DNA from: Macrostomum lignano
Taxonomy: Eukaryota
Assembly: GCA_002269645.1 (NCBI GenBank)
Contig: NIVC01001676.1
Coordinates: forward strand, 124,001 to 188,000
DNA: 64,000 nt
Direction of reading: 5' to 3'
In this document: one piece after another, positions 29,396 through 40,904 of the stretch
Numbering within the stretch: position 1 is the stretch's first letter
Layout of the letters: each line of letters begins with the position of its first letter
The notes under the pieces: model-generated
Databases searched by the model: none
What the model was told of the DNA's origin: nothing
The model's input: the letters and a program-made list of their open reading frames with translations, nothing else
Translations under genes and position numbers: made by a program

Positions 29396-29416
29396 GCCCA
29401 ATCCATCCGCCCCAAG

Positions 29417-29674
29417 GCGTGCTGAAGGCGCTGGTGAAGGACTCGGTGCTGGAGACCTGCGAGCCAGGCCGGCTGCTGATACGGCAGGGCAGCACCGGCG
29501 ACTTCATGTACATCGTGCTGTCCGGCCAGTGCGAGGTTCGGGTGTCGGCGACTGCGACTGCCGTCGACGGCAGCGGAGTCAGCGGCGGCCTTCGCGAGGG
29601 CGACTCGGTGCGCGGCTTGGCGGGGCAAAAAGAAATCGGAGAGCTGCTGGGAGTCATCGTTGGAGTCGTGGGGC
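29417..29674 (+). CDS. CNBD protein exon 2 (CNB-A, N-terminal half)
   Basis: Acceptor CCAAG|GC; GRLLIRQGSTGDFMYIVLSGQCEV is the canonical I.QG..GD..YI..SG.V motif; donor C|GTGAGT. Confidence 0.9.
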
Positions 29675-29685
29675 GTGAGTTCGTG

Positions 29686-30838
29686 GCTTCCCTAATCCGC
29701 TTCTCGTGTCTTCCCTAATCCGCTTCTCGTGTCTTCCCTAATCCGCTTCTCGTGTCTTCCCTAATCCGCTTCTCGTGTCTTCCCTAATCCGCTTCTCGTG
29801 TCTTCCCTAATCCGCTTCTCGTGTCTTCCCTAATCCGCTTCTCGTGTCTTCCCTAATCCGCTTCTCGTGTCTTCCCTAATCCGCTTCTCGTGTCTTCCCT
29901 AATCCGCTTCTCGTGTCTTCTCTAATCCGCTTCTCGTGTCTTCCCTAATCCGCTTCTCGTGTCTTCCCTAATCCGCTTCTCGTGTCTTCCCTAATCCGCT
30001 TCTCGTGTCTTCCCTAATCCGCTTCTCGTGTCTTCCCTAATCCGCTTCTCGTGTCTTCCCTAATCCGCTTCTCGTGTCTTCCCTAATCCGCTTCTCGTGT
30101 CTTCCCTAATCCGCTTCTCGTGTCTTCCCTAATCCGCTTCTCGTGTCTTCCCTAATCCGCTTCTCGTGTCTTCCCTAATCCGCTTCTCGTGTCTTCCCTA
30201 ATCCGCTTCTCGTGTCTTCCCTAATCCGCTTCTCGTGTCTTCCCTAATCCGCTTCTCGTGTCTTCCCTAATCCGCTTCTCATGTCTTCCCTAATCCGCTT
30301 CTCGTGTCTTCCCTAATCCGCTTCTCGTGTCTTCCCTAATCCGCTTCTCGTGTCTTCCCTAATCCGCTTCTCGTGTCTTCCCTAATCCAATTCTCACGCC
30401 TTCCTAATCCGATTCTCACGCCTTCCTAATCCGATTCTCACGCCTTCCTAATCCGATTCTCACGCCTTCCTAATCCGATTCTCACGCCTTCCTAATCCGA
30501 TTCTCACGCCTTCCTAATCCGATTCTCACGCCTTCCTAATCCGATTCTCACGCCTTCCTAATCCGATTCTCACGCCTTCCTAATCCGATTCTCACGCCTT
30601 CCTAATCCGATTCTCACGCCTTCCTAATCCGATTCTCACGCCTTCCTAATCCGATTCTCACGCCTTCCTAATCCGATTCTCACGCCTTCCTAATCCGATT
30701 CTCACGCCTTCCTAATCCGATTCTCACGCCTTCCTAATCCGATTCTCACGCCTTCCTAATCCGATTCTCACGCCTTCCTAATCCCATTCTCACGCCTTTC
30801 TAATCCGATTCTCACGCCTTCCTAATCCCATTCTCTAA
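29686..30838. repeat. Paired 23-bp (cttccctaatccgcttctcgtgt) and 22-bp (ccttcctaatccgattctcacg) arrays filling CNBD intron 2
   Basis: The unit switches near 30386. Confidence 0.97.
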
Positions 30839-30843
30839 TTCAG

Positions 30844-31156
30844 CCGGCTCAGTGATCGGCGAGGTGGCCTTGGTGAAGAACGTGGTGCGCACTGCCAACG
30901 TGCTGGTGTCGCCAGCCTCCGAGCCCTGCTCCCTCATCCGAATCTCCCGCGACCTGTTCGAGCGCACTCTGGACAGCCGTCTGCGCCGGCTCGAGCAGGA
31001 GCGCGAGGACTTCACCTTCGGCTTCCACCTGGTCAGCAACTTCAATCCCAGACTGAGGCAGCAGTTCATCCGAGCCCTGATGAAGGAGAAATACTACAAC
31101 GGGGACGTCATTGTACGGCAGGGAGACAAAATTGAGGACGTGTACTTCATTGTCAG
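30844..31156 (+). CDS. CNBD protein exon 3 (CNB-A phosphate-binding cassette, start of CNB-B)
   Basis: Acceptor TTCAG|CC; GSVIGEVALVKNVVRTANV and YYNGDVIVRQGDKIEDVYFIV; donor AG|GTGAGG. Confidence 0.92.
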
Positions 31157-31809
31157 GTGAGGCAGTTGGCAAATTTCGCTGCCTACTGCGCCTGTGGGTT
31201 TTGGCGATAGTCGACCCGCTCGGCCCGGAGCAGGCACACTAATCCTACGGGCTCAAATCCCCGGACGCATCCCCCTGACCTGTTCTTCCCCAAGCCAGAC
31301 CGTAGGAAATAAAAGCATAAAAGATGATTTCAGCTCTCTCATTCATCGGTCAATAAGGAAACCTCTAACGATTGAATGCAACAATAAAGCAGAGTACAAT
31401 GCAGCCCGCCATTCATTCATTTATCTATTATCGGGGCTGAATGAAAGCCCAGGCTGCGCAGCTCAGGACAGGAGAGAATGACAGACTGACAGATCTGCCA
31501 GTAACTGAAGTTGCAAAATAAAAGTGTGATAATTGGCTCAGGCCACTTGGGGCAGCACAATTGAGCCAGGCTCTTCTGGGTTCGGCTGATGTGGAAGCAC
31601 CGAGTGGCCCTGTGGCGAGTTAGGCTGGAAGCTCAAGTTAATTAGCTTTGCTGGCATCGTTCTCGCAGCAGCAGCCACTGTGTTTTCTCAAGTGGGGTTC
31701 AACCTTTTTTGTTTTTCTTCTGTTTAGCAAAGCAAATTGCATGCACCCCCAGTGTAGTTTATCTGCTGATATCGACAAGGCCTGGCGTGTTGTTTGCTTT
31801 CCATACACT

Positions 31810-32545
31810 CAGCACCATAACCTAAAGCACCATCCCCACAGCACCATCCCCACAGCACCACCCCCACAGCACCATCCCCACAGCACCATCCCCACAGCAC
31901 CATCCCCACAGAACCATCCCAACAGAACCATCCCCACAGCACCATCCCAACAGAACCATCCCAACAGAACCATCCCCACAGCACCATCCCCACAGCACCA
32001 TCCCCACAGCACCATCCCCACAGCCCCATCCCCACAGCACCATCCCCACAGCACCATCCCCACAGCACCATCCCCACAGCACCATCCCCACAGCACCATC
32101 CCCACAGCACCATCCCCACAGCACCATCCCCACAGCACCATCCCCACAGCACCATCCCCACAGCACCATCCCCACAGCACCATCCCCACAGCACCATCCC
32201 CACAGCACCATCCCCACAGCACCATCCCCACAGCACCACCCCACAGCACCATCCCCACAGCTCCATCCCCACAGCACCATCCCCACAGCACCATCCCCAC
32301 AGCCCATCCCCACAGCACCATCCCCACAGCACCATCCCCACAGCACCATCCCCACAGCACCATCCCCACAGCACCATCCCCACAGCACCATCCCCACAGC
32401 ACCATCCCCACAGCACCATCCCCACAGCCCCATCCCCACAGCACCATCGCCACAGCACCATCCTCTACAGCACCATCGCCACAGCACCATCGCCACAGCA
32501 CCATCCTCTACAGCACCATCCCCACAGCACCATCCACAAATCCCC
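31810..32545. repeat. 14-bp minisatellite (catccccacagcac)
   Basis: Tandem repeat ending about 22 nt before the exon 4 acceptor. Confidence 0.96.
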
Positions 32546-32567
32546 CACAACCCGATCCCGCCCGCAG

Positions 32568-33108
32568 TGGAGAAGTGATTCTCTACCTGAACCCGCGCAA
32601 GCTAACTGACCAATACGAGCTGCACCTGCAGGCCAAGAATGTCTACTCCGTGCTGCCTTCACAGCAGCAGCAACAGCAGCAGAAATTGCAAGCAGTTGGC
32701 AAGCAGAAAGTAGCCAGAAGCGTCGCCAGCAGCAGCTCAGGCAACGGTCGAAGGCTTCGGCAGGTGGCAACAACCGGAGGCCGAATCGCTTGGAGCTGCG
32801 TCAGCCGTAACGGCATGCTGGGAGACGTTGAAGCCCTGGCTCAGCTGCCCAGCCGCATGAGCACCGCGGTGGCCCAGACCGAGGCGGTGCTGTTCCGCAT
32901 GAACCTGCCCGAGTTCCGGCGTCTAATTATGCGCGAAGGCCGCGAGACGGCGCGGGAGGCGCGCCAGCTGGCCAAGACGGCGCTGCGCTATCGAAATGAG
33001 AAACGGCGCGAAAAGTTGGCGCCACAGCCGGGCGGACTGGAGGACAGCGAGGTCGCTTTTGTGGATTATTTGGTCCGCGCCATCGACCAGATGGCCATGC
33101 CGTCGTAG
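32568..33108 (+). CDS. CNBD protein exon 4 (rest of CNB-B, C-terminus)
   Basis: Acceptor CGCAG|T gives YFIVSGEVILY; GMLGDVEALAQLPSRMSTAVA; stop TAG. Total CDS 1278 nt = 425 aa plus stop. Confidence 0.88.
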
Positions 33109-33236
33109 GCAGCCGATTGAGGATTTGATTTGGCTTCTGATTGAATTTCTTTTTTAATTTATTCTCTTCGTAATTTATTTTCGACTTGACACTGATAGGT
33201 GGATGGCCTTGCGAGACCTGGCGAGCAGGCGAGTGA

Positions 33237-33872
33237 CGTTTTAAACCAGTGGATGACATTTTAAACCAATAGATGATCTTCTTAACCAGTGGATGACCTT
33301 TCAAACCAGTGAATGACCTTTTAAACCAGTGGGTGACCTTTCAAACCAGTGAATGAATTTTCAAACCAGTGAATGACCTTTTAAACCAGTGAATAACCTT
33401 TTAAACCAGTGAATGGCCTTTTAAACCAGTGAATGACCTTTAAAACCAGTGAATAACCTTTTAAACCAGTGAATGAGCTTTCAAACCAGTGAATGACCTT
33501 TTAAACCAGTGAATGACCTTTTAAACCAGTGAATGACCTTTCAAACCAGTGAATGACCTATTAAACCAGTGAACGACCTTTTAAACCAGTGAACGACCTT
33601 TCAAACCAGTGAATGACCTTTCAAACCAGTGAATGACCTATTAAACCAGTGAATGAACTTTCAAACCAGTGAATGACCTTTTAAACCGGTGAATGACCTT
33701 CTAAACCAGTGAATGACCTTTTAAACCAGTGGGTGACCTTTCAAACCAGTGAATGACCTTTAAAACCAGTGAATGGCCTTTAAAACCAGTGAATGGCCTT
33801 TTAAACCAGTGGGTGACCTTTCAAACCAGTGAATGACCTTTCAAACCAGTGGGTGACCTTTCAAACCAGTGA
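33237..33872. repeat. 20-bp minisatellite (ttttaaaccagtgaatgacc), ~32 copies
   Basis: Tandem repeat about 130 nt after the CNBD stop codon. Confidence 0.95.
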
Positions 33873-34229
33873 TCTTCTCTTTTCAGATACATGATCAACC
33901 ATCAAAGCGGGTGGATGACCTTCCAAGCAGGCTGACGATCCTTTTACCCAAAGATGGCCTTTCAGCATTTAATAACGGGAGTGCAACACAATCAGATGAA
34001 AGATTTTCTATTCACCCCCACTCAAAGCTCGCCATAGCTCCGAAACTCAATGCAGTTTTCAAAAAAAACCACTGACTCTACGAGCTACCTAATCAGTGTC
34101 AGTGCCGCGATCGAGTTTATGCCCATCAGTGCCTTTACTGTCAGAGCTATGCTTTAATAATGTAACTTAACTATTAAATATAAAATATTAAAGAGGGCCT
34201 TTGCTTCATCTCAATCCTGACACCAAATA

Positions 34230-35888
34230 TGAAATGGATTGCTAATCTATCCAACATCAATGAGTTGAATAGAATGGATTGCTAATCTATCCAACATCAA
34301 TGAGTTGAATAAAATGGATTGCTAATCTATCCAACATTAATGAGTTGAATAGAATGGATTGCTAATCTATCCAACATTAATGAGTTGAACAGAATGGATT
34401 GCTAATCTATCCAACATCAATGAGTCGAATAGAATGGATTGCTAATCTATCCAACATCAATGAGTTGAATAGAATGGATTGCTAATCTATCCAACATCAA
34501 TGAGTTGAATAGAATGGATTGCTAATCTATCCAACATCAATGAGTTGAATAGAATGGATTGCTAATCTATCCAACATCAATGAGTTGAATAGAATGGATT
34601 GCTAATCTATCCAACATCAATGAGTTGAATAGAATGGATTGCTAATCTATCCAACATCAATGAGTCGAATAGAATGGATTGCTAATCTATCCAACATTAA
34701 TGAGTTGAATAGAATGGATTGCTAATCTATCCAACATTAATGAGTTGAACAGAATGGATTGCTAATCTATCCAACATTAATGAGTTGAATAGAATGGATT
34801 GCTAATCTATCCAACATCAATGAGTTGAACAGAATGGATTGCTAATCTATCCAACATTAATGAGTTGAATAGAATGGATTGCTAATCTATCCAACATCAA
34901 TGAGTTGAATAGAATGGATTGCTAATCTATCCAACATTAATGAGTTGAATAGAATGGATTGCTAATCTATCCAACATCAATGAGTTGAATAGAATGGATT
35001 GCTAATCTATCCAACATCAATGAGTTGAATAGAATGGATTGCTAATCTATCCAACATCAATGAGTTGAATAAAATGGATTGCTAATCTATCCAACATTAA
35101 TGAGTTGAATAGAATGGATTGCTAATCTATCCAACATTAATGAGTTGAACAGAATGGATTGCTAATCTATCCAACATTAATGAGTTGAATAGAATGGATT
35201 GCTAATCTATCCAACATCAATGAGTTGAACAGAATGGATTGCTAATCTATCCAACATTAATGAGTTGAATAGAATGGATTGCTAATCTATCCAACATCAA
35301 TGAGTTGAATAGAATGGATTGCTAATCTATCCAACATTAATGAGTTGAATAGAATGGATTGCTAATCTATCCAACATCAATGAGTTGAATAGAATGGATT
35401 GCTAATCTATCCAACATCAATGAGTTGAATAGAATGGATTGCTAATCTATCCAACATCAATGAGTTGAATAGAATGGATTGCTAATCTATCCAACATTAA
35501 TGAGTTGAACAGAATGGATTGCTAATCTATCCAACATCAATGAGTTGAATAGAATGGATTGCTAATCTATCCAACATCAATGAGTTGAATAGAATGGATT
35601 GCTAATCTATCCAAGATCAATGAGTTGAATAAAATGGATTGCTAATCTATCCAACATCAATGAGTTGAATAGAATGGATTGCTAATCTATCCAACATCAA
35701 TGAGTTGAATAGAATGGATTGCTAATCTATCCAACATCAATGAGTCGAATAGAATGGATTGCTAATCTATCCAACATCAATGAGTTGAATAGAATGGATT
35801 GCTAATCTATCCAACATCAATGAGTCGAATAGAATGGATTGCTAATCTATCCAACATCAATGAGTTGAATAGAATGGATTGCTAATCT
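34230..35888. repeat. 40-bp minisatellite, ~41 copies
   Basis: Unit aatggattgctaatctatccaacatcaatgagttgaatag; highly homogeneous; no spacers. Confidence 0.98.
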
Positions 35889-36673
35889 TTGTTTATGTTA
35901 TTATAAATCAAACCCGAACATTAAAAAATGACAGCCAGCCCTCAGAACATTTAATAAGCACGTACTACTTCCAGTAGGCGCAGCGCATGTAACAAAGTAT
36001 GCACCAGAAAATAAGCATTTATTTACTGTCCAAAGCGCAAAGAATAAATAACAATTTAGTCAAGACTTGAACCAACCGTTTAACATAAAAACAAAAATAA
36101 CATATGAAAATAAGAACACAAAACAAACAATGGTCCTTCTCTTACTAATAAGCAGAGTGCTTGTGAGTAGGAAGAGTCGCTATAATACACTTTAATATCA
36201 GTACAGGAAATTGGCCAATTAGTACTTTAATTGTACTCAACAAAATCTCAAACAGCAATAAGTCCAGAGATTGACTGCCACTGTGAAAGACGATTAAAAT
36301 TTAATAGCCTCATCCCCGACTAGCTACTATTACTAAGCAGTAGGCAAGTAGCGAGCATTGTTCTCCAAATAAGTTTCGATTGCACAGAATAGAGAGCTGC
36401 CCGATGGAAATGGACAGAAATAGAGGAGGCACAAGACAATAGGAAAATTTTATAAACTACAAAATACAAAATTAATAACGCACAAGCTAAGCGGAAGACC
36501 CGAGGCGGAAGATTAGTTAAGAAGCGAAATTAAACAACAGAGCGGGCTTATATCCTTAAATGTTTTGTGGAAGCGCTGATAGATGATTTTATATAATACA
36601 ATTATGGTTTTAATACAGCTAACACTGCGATTTCTGAATAATTTACCAAAGCCTGGAACCTGTGTCAATTTAA

Positions 36674-36824
36674 TTATTTGTACTTATTGATCCGGCACAG
36701 CTGCACGTAGCACAGCAGCAGAAATACCAGCATGATGCAGAACATGCCGAGTTCGTTGCTCCACAGATTCCATGGCGTCGAGTGCGGAATCTGCTGATCA
36801 TTCAGAACGGTGGATCCGTCCTTG
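36674..36824 (-). CDS. ABCG2: ABCG2-like transporter exon 9 (last TM helix, stop)
   Basis: Acceptor CGCAG|C gives CKDGSTVLNDQQIPHSTPWNLWSNELGMFCIMLVFLLLCYVQLCRINKYK*. Total CDS 2406 nt = 801 aa plus stop. Confidence 0.9.
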
Positions 36825-36861
36825 CTGCGGGCGGGACGGGGCGTTGGGGGACTGCGTGAGG

Positions 36862-37372
36862 ACCGGAAGTGACTGATTCTAGAATGACCGGAAGTGACTG
36901 ATTCTAGAATAACCGGAAGTGACTGATTCTAGAATGACCAGAAGTGACTGATTCTAGAATGACCAGAAGTGACTGATTCTAGAATGACCGGAAGTGACTG
37001 ATTCTAGAATGACCGGAAGTGACTGATTCTAGAATGACCGGAAGTGATTAATTTTAGAATGACCGGAAGTGACTGATTCTAGAATGACCGGAAGTGACTA
37101 ATTCTAGAATGACCGAAAGTGAATGATTCTAGAATGACCGGAAGTGACTGATTCTATAATGACCGGAAGTGACTGATTCTAGAATGACCGGAAGTGACTA
37201 ATTCTAGAATGACCGGAACTGACTGATTCTAGAATGACCGGAAGTGACTGATTCTAGAATGACCGGAAGTGACTGATTCTAGAGTGACCGGAAGTGACTG
37301 ATTCTAGAGTGACCGGAAGTGATTAATTTTAGAATGACCGGAAGTGACCGATTTTTAGAATGACCGGAAGCA
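36862..37372. repeat. 25-bp minisatellite (gaccggaagtgactgattctagaat), ~20 copies
   Basis: Fills ABCG2 intron 8. Confidence 0.96.
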
Positions 37373-37395
37373 ACAAGCATAAAAATCAGCCTTAC

Positions 37396-37748
37396 CAAGT
37401 CCTGGTGACATTGGGCTCCGGCCTGGTAGGACAGAAGCGCATGCCGCTGAACTCATTGACTGACAGGCCGGCATAAGCATAGTAAAACACTGACAGATAG
37501 CGGCACCAGCTCAGCCAGCCGACCGATGCGATATTAATCAAGAATCCGCCGAACACCATCATGAATACGTACATGATGGAGATGAGGATGTTGGCTATGC
37601 CAAACACGGACACGGAAGCCGAGACGAAGAATGCTACGCCGCAGGCTGCACAGGTGGCCAGCACCAGGTTGAGCTGGTAGAATAGGAAGGCCCCGGCTTC
37701 AAGGCGCAGCTGGGCCATGAAGTAAATGATGGGCATGAACAGCAGCAC
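37396..37748 (-). CDS. ABCG2: ABCG2-like transporter exon 8 (TM3 to TM5, extracellular loop)
   Basis: IIYFMAQL...MMVFGGFLINIASVGWLSWCRYLSVFYYAYAGLSVNEF; donor TG|GTAAGG. Confidence 0.95.
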
Positions 37749-37775
37749 CTGGGTGGGGAAACGGTGCGGGAGAGA

Positions 37776-38608
37776 ATAGTCAGAAGTAGACAGCAGAGTA
37801 GGTTAGAAGTAGGCAGCAGAGTAGGGTCAGAAGTAGGCAGCAGAGTAGGGTCAGAAGTAGGCAGCAGAGTAGGGTCAGAAGTAGGCAGCAGAGTAGGGTC
37901 AGAAGTAGGCAGCAGAGTAGGGTCAGAAGTAGGCAGCAGAGTAGGGTCAGAAGTAGGCAGCAGAGTAGGGTCAGAAGTAGGCAGCAGAGTAGGGTCAGAA
38001 GTAGGCAGCAGAGTAGGGTCAGAAGTAGGCAGCAGAGTAGGGTCAGAAGTAGGCAGCAGAGTAGGGTCAGAAGTAGGCAGCAGAGTAGAATGAGAAGTAG
38101 GCAGCAGAGTAGAAGGTTAGAAGTAGGCAGCAGAGTAGGGTCAGAAGTAGGCAGCAGAGTAGGGTCAGAAGTAGGCAGCAGAGTAGGGTCAGAAGTAGGC
38201 AGCAGAGTAGGGTCAGAAGTAGGCAGCAGAGTAGGGTCAGAAGTAGGCAGCAGAGTAGGGTCAGAAGTAGGCAGCAGAGTAGGGTCAGAAGTAGGCAGCA
38301 GAGTAGGGTCAGAAGTAGGCAGCAGAGTAGGGTCAGAAGTAGGCAGCAGAGTAGGGTCAGAAGTAGGCAGCAGAGTAGGGTCAGAAGTAGGCAGCAGAGT
38401 AGGGTCAGAAGTAGGCAGCAGAGTAGGGTCAGAAGTAGGCAGCAGAGTAGGGTCAGAAGTAGGCAGCAGAGTAGGGTCAGAAGTAGGCAGCAGAGTAGGG
38501 TCAGAAGTAGGCAGCAGAGTAGGGTCAGAAGTAGGCAGCAGAGTAGGGTCAGAAGTAGGCAGCAGAGTAGGGTCAGAAGTAGGCAGCAGAGTAGGGCCAG
38601 AAGTAGGC
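37776..38608. repeat. 24-bp minisatellite (agaagtaggcagcagagtagggtc), ~34 copies
   Basis: Fills ABCG2 intron 7. Confidence 0.97.
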
Positions 38609-38626
38609 AACGGAGACGGTCCTCAC

Positions 38627-38956
38627 CGGCAGAGTCTTGATGGGCAGCATGTCGCACAGAATCTTGGCCAAAAAGTACACCAGCACACTGTAGAATCCCG
38701 AAGAATTCTCGTGTATAAAGACTGCACGCTCTTTAATAAAGACCTCCACCGCGCTCAGATTGACAAAGACCATCTGCAGGGTGAGGAAGAAGAACAGGCC
38801 TTGGCGATTCTGAATGCCGGACTCCAGCGAGGTGTCGAGACCGAAGAACACGGTGCCAATGCTGAGCCCGAAGAACAGGTACACAATGAGCTGGATCACC
38901 GAGCTCTGGGGATTGCGGAACAGGTTCAGCCAGGTGCGCCAGGACACGTGCAGCAG
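38627..38956 (-). CDS. ABCG2: ABCG2-like transporter exon 7 (TM1 to TM3)
   Basis: LLHVSWRTWLNLFRNPQ...GIQNRQGLFFF...ERAVFIHENSSGFY; donor CCG|GTGAGG. Confidence 0.96.
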
Positions 38957-39004
38957 CTGGCGGTGAAGATGAGTGGTACATTGGGTTTTAACAAATATTT
39001 TGAT

Positions 39005-39262
39005 TGCAGCAACTGAGGATCTAGGATGGTGGCGGTGGCACAGCAGCTGAGGGTCTGGGAGACTGGCCCAGCAACTGATGATGTAGGAGGCTGGCCCAGC
39101 AACTGATGATGTGGGAGGCTGGCCCAGCAACTGATGATGTGGGAGGCTGGCCCAGCAACTGAGGATCTGGGAGGCTGGCCCAGCAACTGAGGATCTGGGA
39201 GGCTGGCCCAGCAACTGAGGATCTGGGAGGCTGACCCAGCAGCTGAGGATCTGGGAGTCAAG
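39005..39262. repeat. 28-bp minisatellite (gcaactgaggatctgggaggctggccca), ~9 copies
   Basis: ABCG2 intron 6. Confidence 0.94.
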
Positions 39263-39303
39263 CTGCGCAGAGGCAAAGATCCACAGGCCGTAGGCAGGTT
39301 CAC

Positions 39304-39536
39304 CTGGTTACCAAAGCCGGTGGGATAAGCTCGCCTGCTCAGCTGCCGAGTCCGCACGCTGCCGCTGCCGCTGCCGCCGCCGTTGTTGATCTGCGCGGCA
39401 CCCTGGCAGATTTCCTCAACAGACCGCTCGATGCTGCGCGCCAGCTGCGACCGGCGCCACTCGTTAACCAGGTGCTGCGCAATGGCGTTTGATTGGTCCT
39501 TCTGCGCGTCCGGGTCCGGCTCGACTGCGGGCTCGA
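39304..39536 (-). CDS. ABCG2: ABCG2-like transporter exon 6 (linker)
   Basis: Acceptor CCCAG|TC, open frame ending YPTGFGNQ, donor CAG|GTGAAC; phases fit both neighbours. Confidence 0.85.
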
Positions 39537-39724
39537 CTGGGGAGGGAGAGGATGGGCAGTCGGATTTGGGGTGGGGGACCTGGCGGCGGCGAGACAGACG
39601 GGCGGGTGTCAGATGAAATTACTTTGATTTGATCCGTCAATTCTGAAGATTCGAAAAATCCATTGAAGTAAGCCGCCTAACGGAACTAAAAATCGTCCAA
39701 GATGAGCTATTAACGGATCAGTAA

Positions 39725-40010
39725 AATCCTTTGATGTGAGCCGCCTAACGAAACCAACAAAAATCCTTTGATGAGCCGCCTAGCGAGACCCATAAAAATC
39801 CTTTGATGTGAGCCGCCTAGCGAGACCCATAAAAATCCTTTGATGTGAGCCGCCTAGCGAGACCCATAAAAATTCCTTTGATTTAAACCGCCTAGCGAGA
39901 CCCATAAATATCTTTTGATGTGAGCCGCCTAGCGAGACCCATAAAAATCCTTTGATGTAAGCCGCCTAGCGAGACCCATAAAAATCCTTTGATGTAAGCC
40001 GCCTAACGGC
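39725..40010. repeat. 37-bp minisatellite (gagccgcctagcgagacccataaaaatcctttgatgt), ~7 copies
   Basis: ABCG2 intron 5. Confidence 0.93.
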
Positions 40011-40705
40011 GACTGTCCCCAAACAGTATGCGACGCAGGCAAGATTGAAGTGCATAGTGGAAAACCAAGCGACAAGGCAGCCGTGACGGGTATAGTGACA
40101 CACTCACTGCTTAAAACACGCTTAACAAACAGGATATTGCGCGCGACAGTTCTCAGAAATATTGATTAGCATTCAATACGCTACTATGAACCATTAACTG
40201 AGCCAATTCGAGTTCATTGATACACTATCAAGTTAAATTAAAACGATGACGACACCAAATAGATACCCAAAGTTGAACCGAACAGCGGCGGACGGGTCCA
40301 GCTGCAGCACTGAGTAAGATAAAGCAAACAAATTGAAAATGAACAAATTTGATGCATGCCACATGAAAACACAAAGAAAAAACTGCAAAACTAACAAGGT
40401 GGGGAGTTTGGCACCGAGCCAAATCAGTTCTCACCTGCCGATTCGAATTCGATGCTGTCGCACAGAAATTCCGGATCGTCTACGAATACTGTTTAGTTTT
40501 GACTAGCAATTAATCTACGAGTGGTTTCTCCTTTTATATTTATTCTAGAGAAAACTACTGACAGTAGGCAGTACAAAAATGTGGTATATTTTCTTTAAAA
40601 TGGTTAAATTCTCAATTTTTAAACTAAAAAAGCGAGGTTCACGGCTACAGGGGTTGCAACGGGAAGATTTACATGCACACTGGGACAGCGAGACCGTTGC
40701 CTCAC

Positions 40706-40831
40706 CATCTTCATCATCGAGCGGATCGGCCTGATCCAGCGCCTGCCCGCCAGCGGCTCCGGCCGGCAGCTCGCCGTGCACCATGTCCATGAAGAAGTCG
40801 GGCGGGCTGTTGTGCGTGTCGCAGATGTAGC
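40706..40831 (-). CDS. ABCG2: ABCG2-like transporter exon 5
   Basis: GYICDTHNSPPDFFMD matches the NPxDF motif region; acceptor CCCAG|GC, donor G|GTGAGG. Confidence 0.9.
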
Positions 40832-40904
40832 CTGGGTAAGCGGCAATTGACAAAGACTTGCCGAAAATAGTGCTGGAGAAAGACATTCGGAAATGGGAGC
40901 AAAG

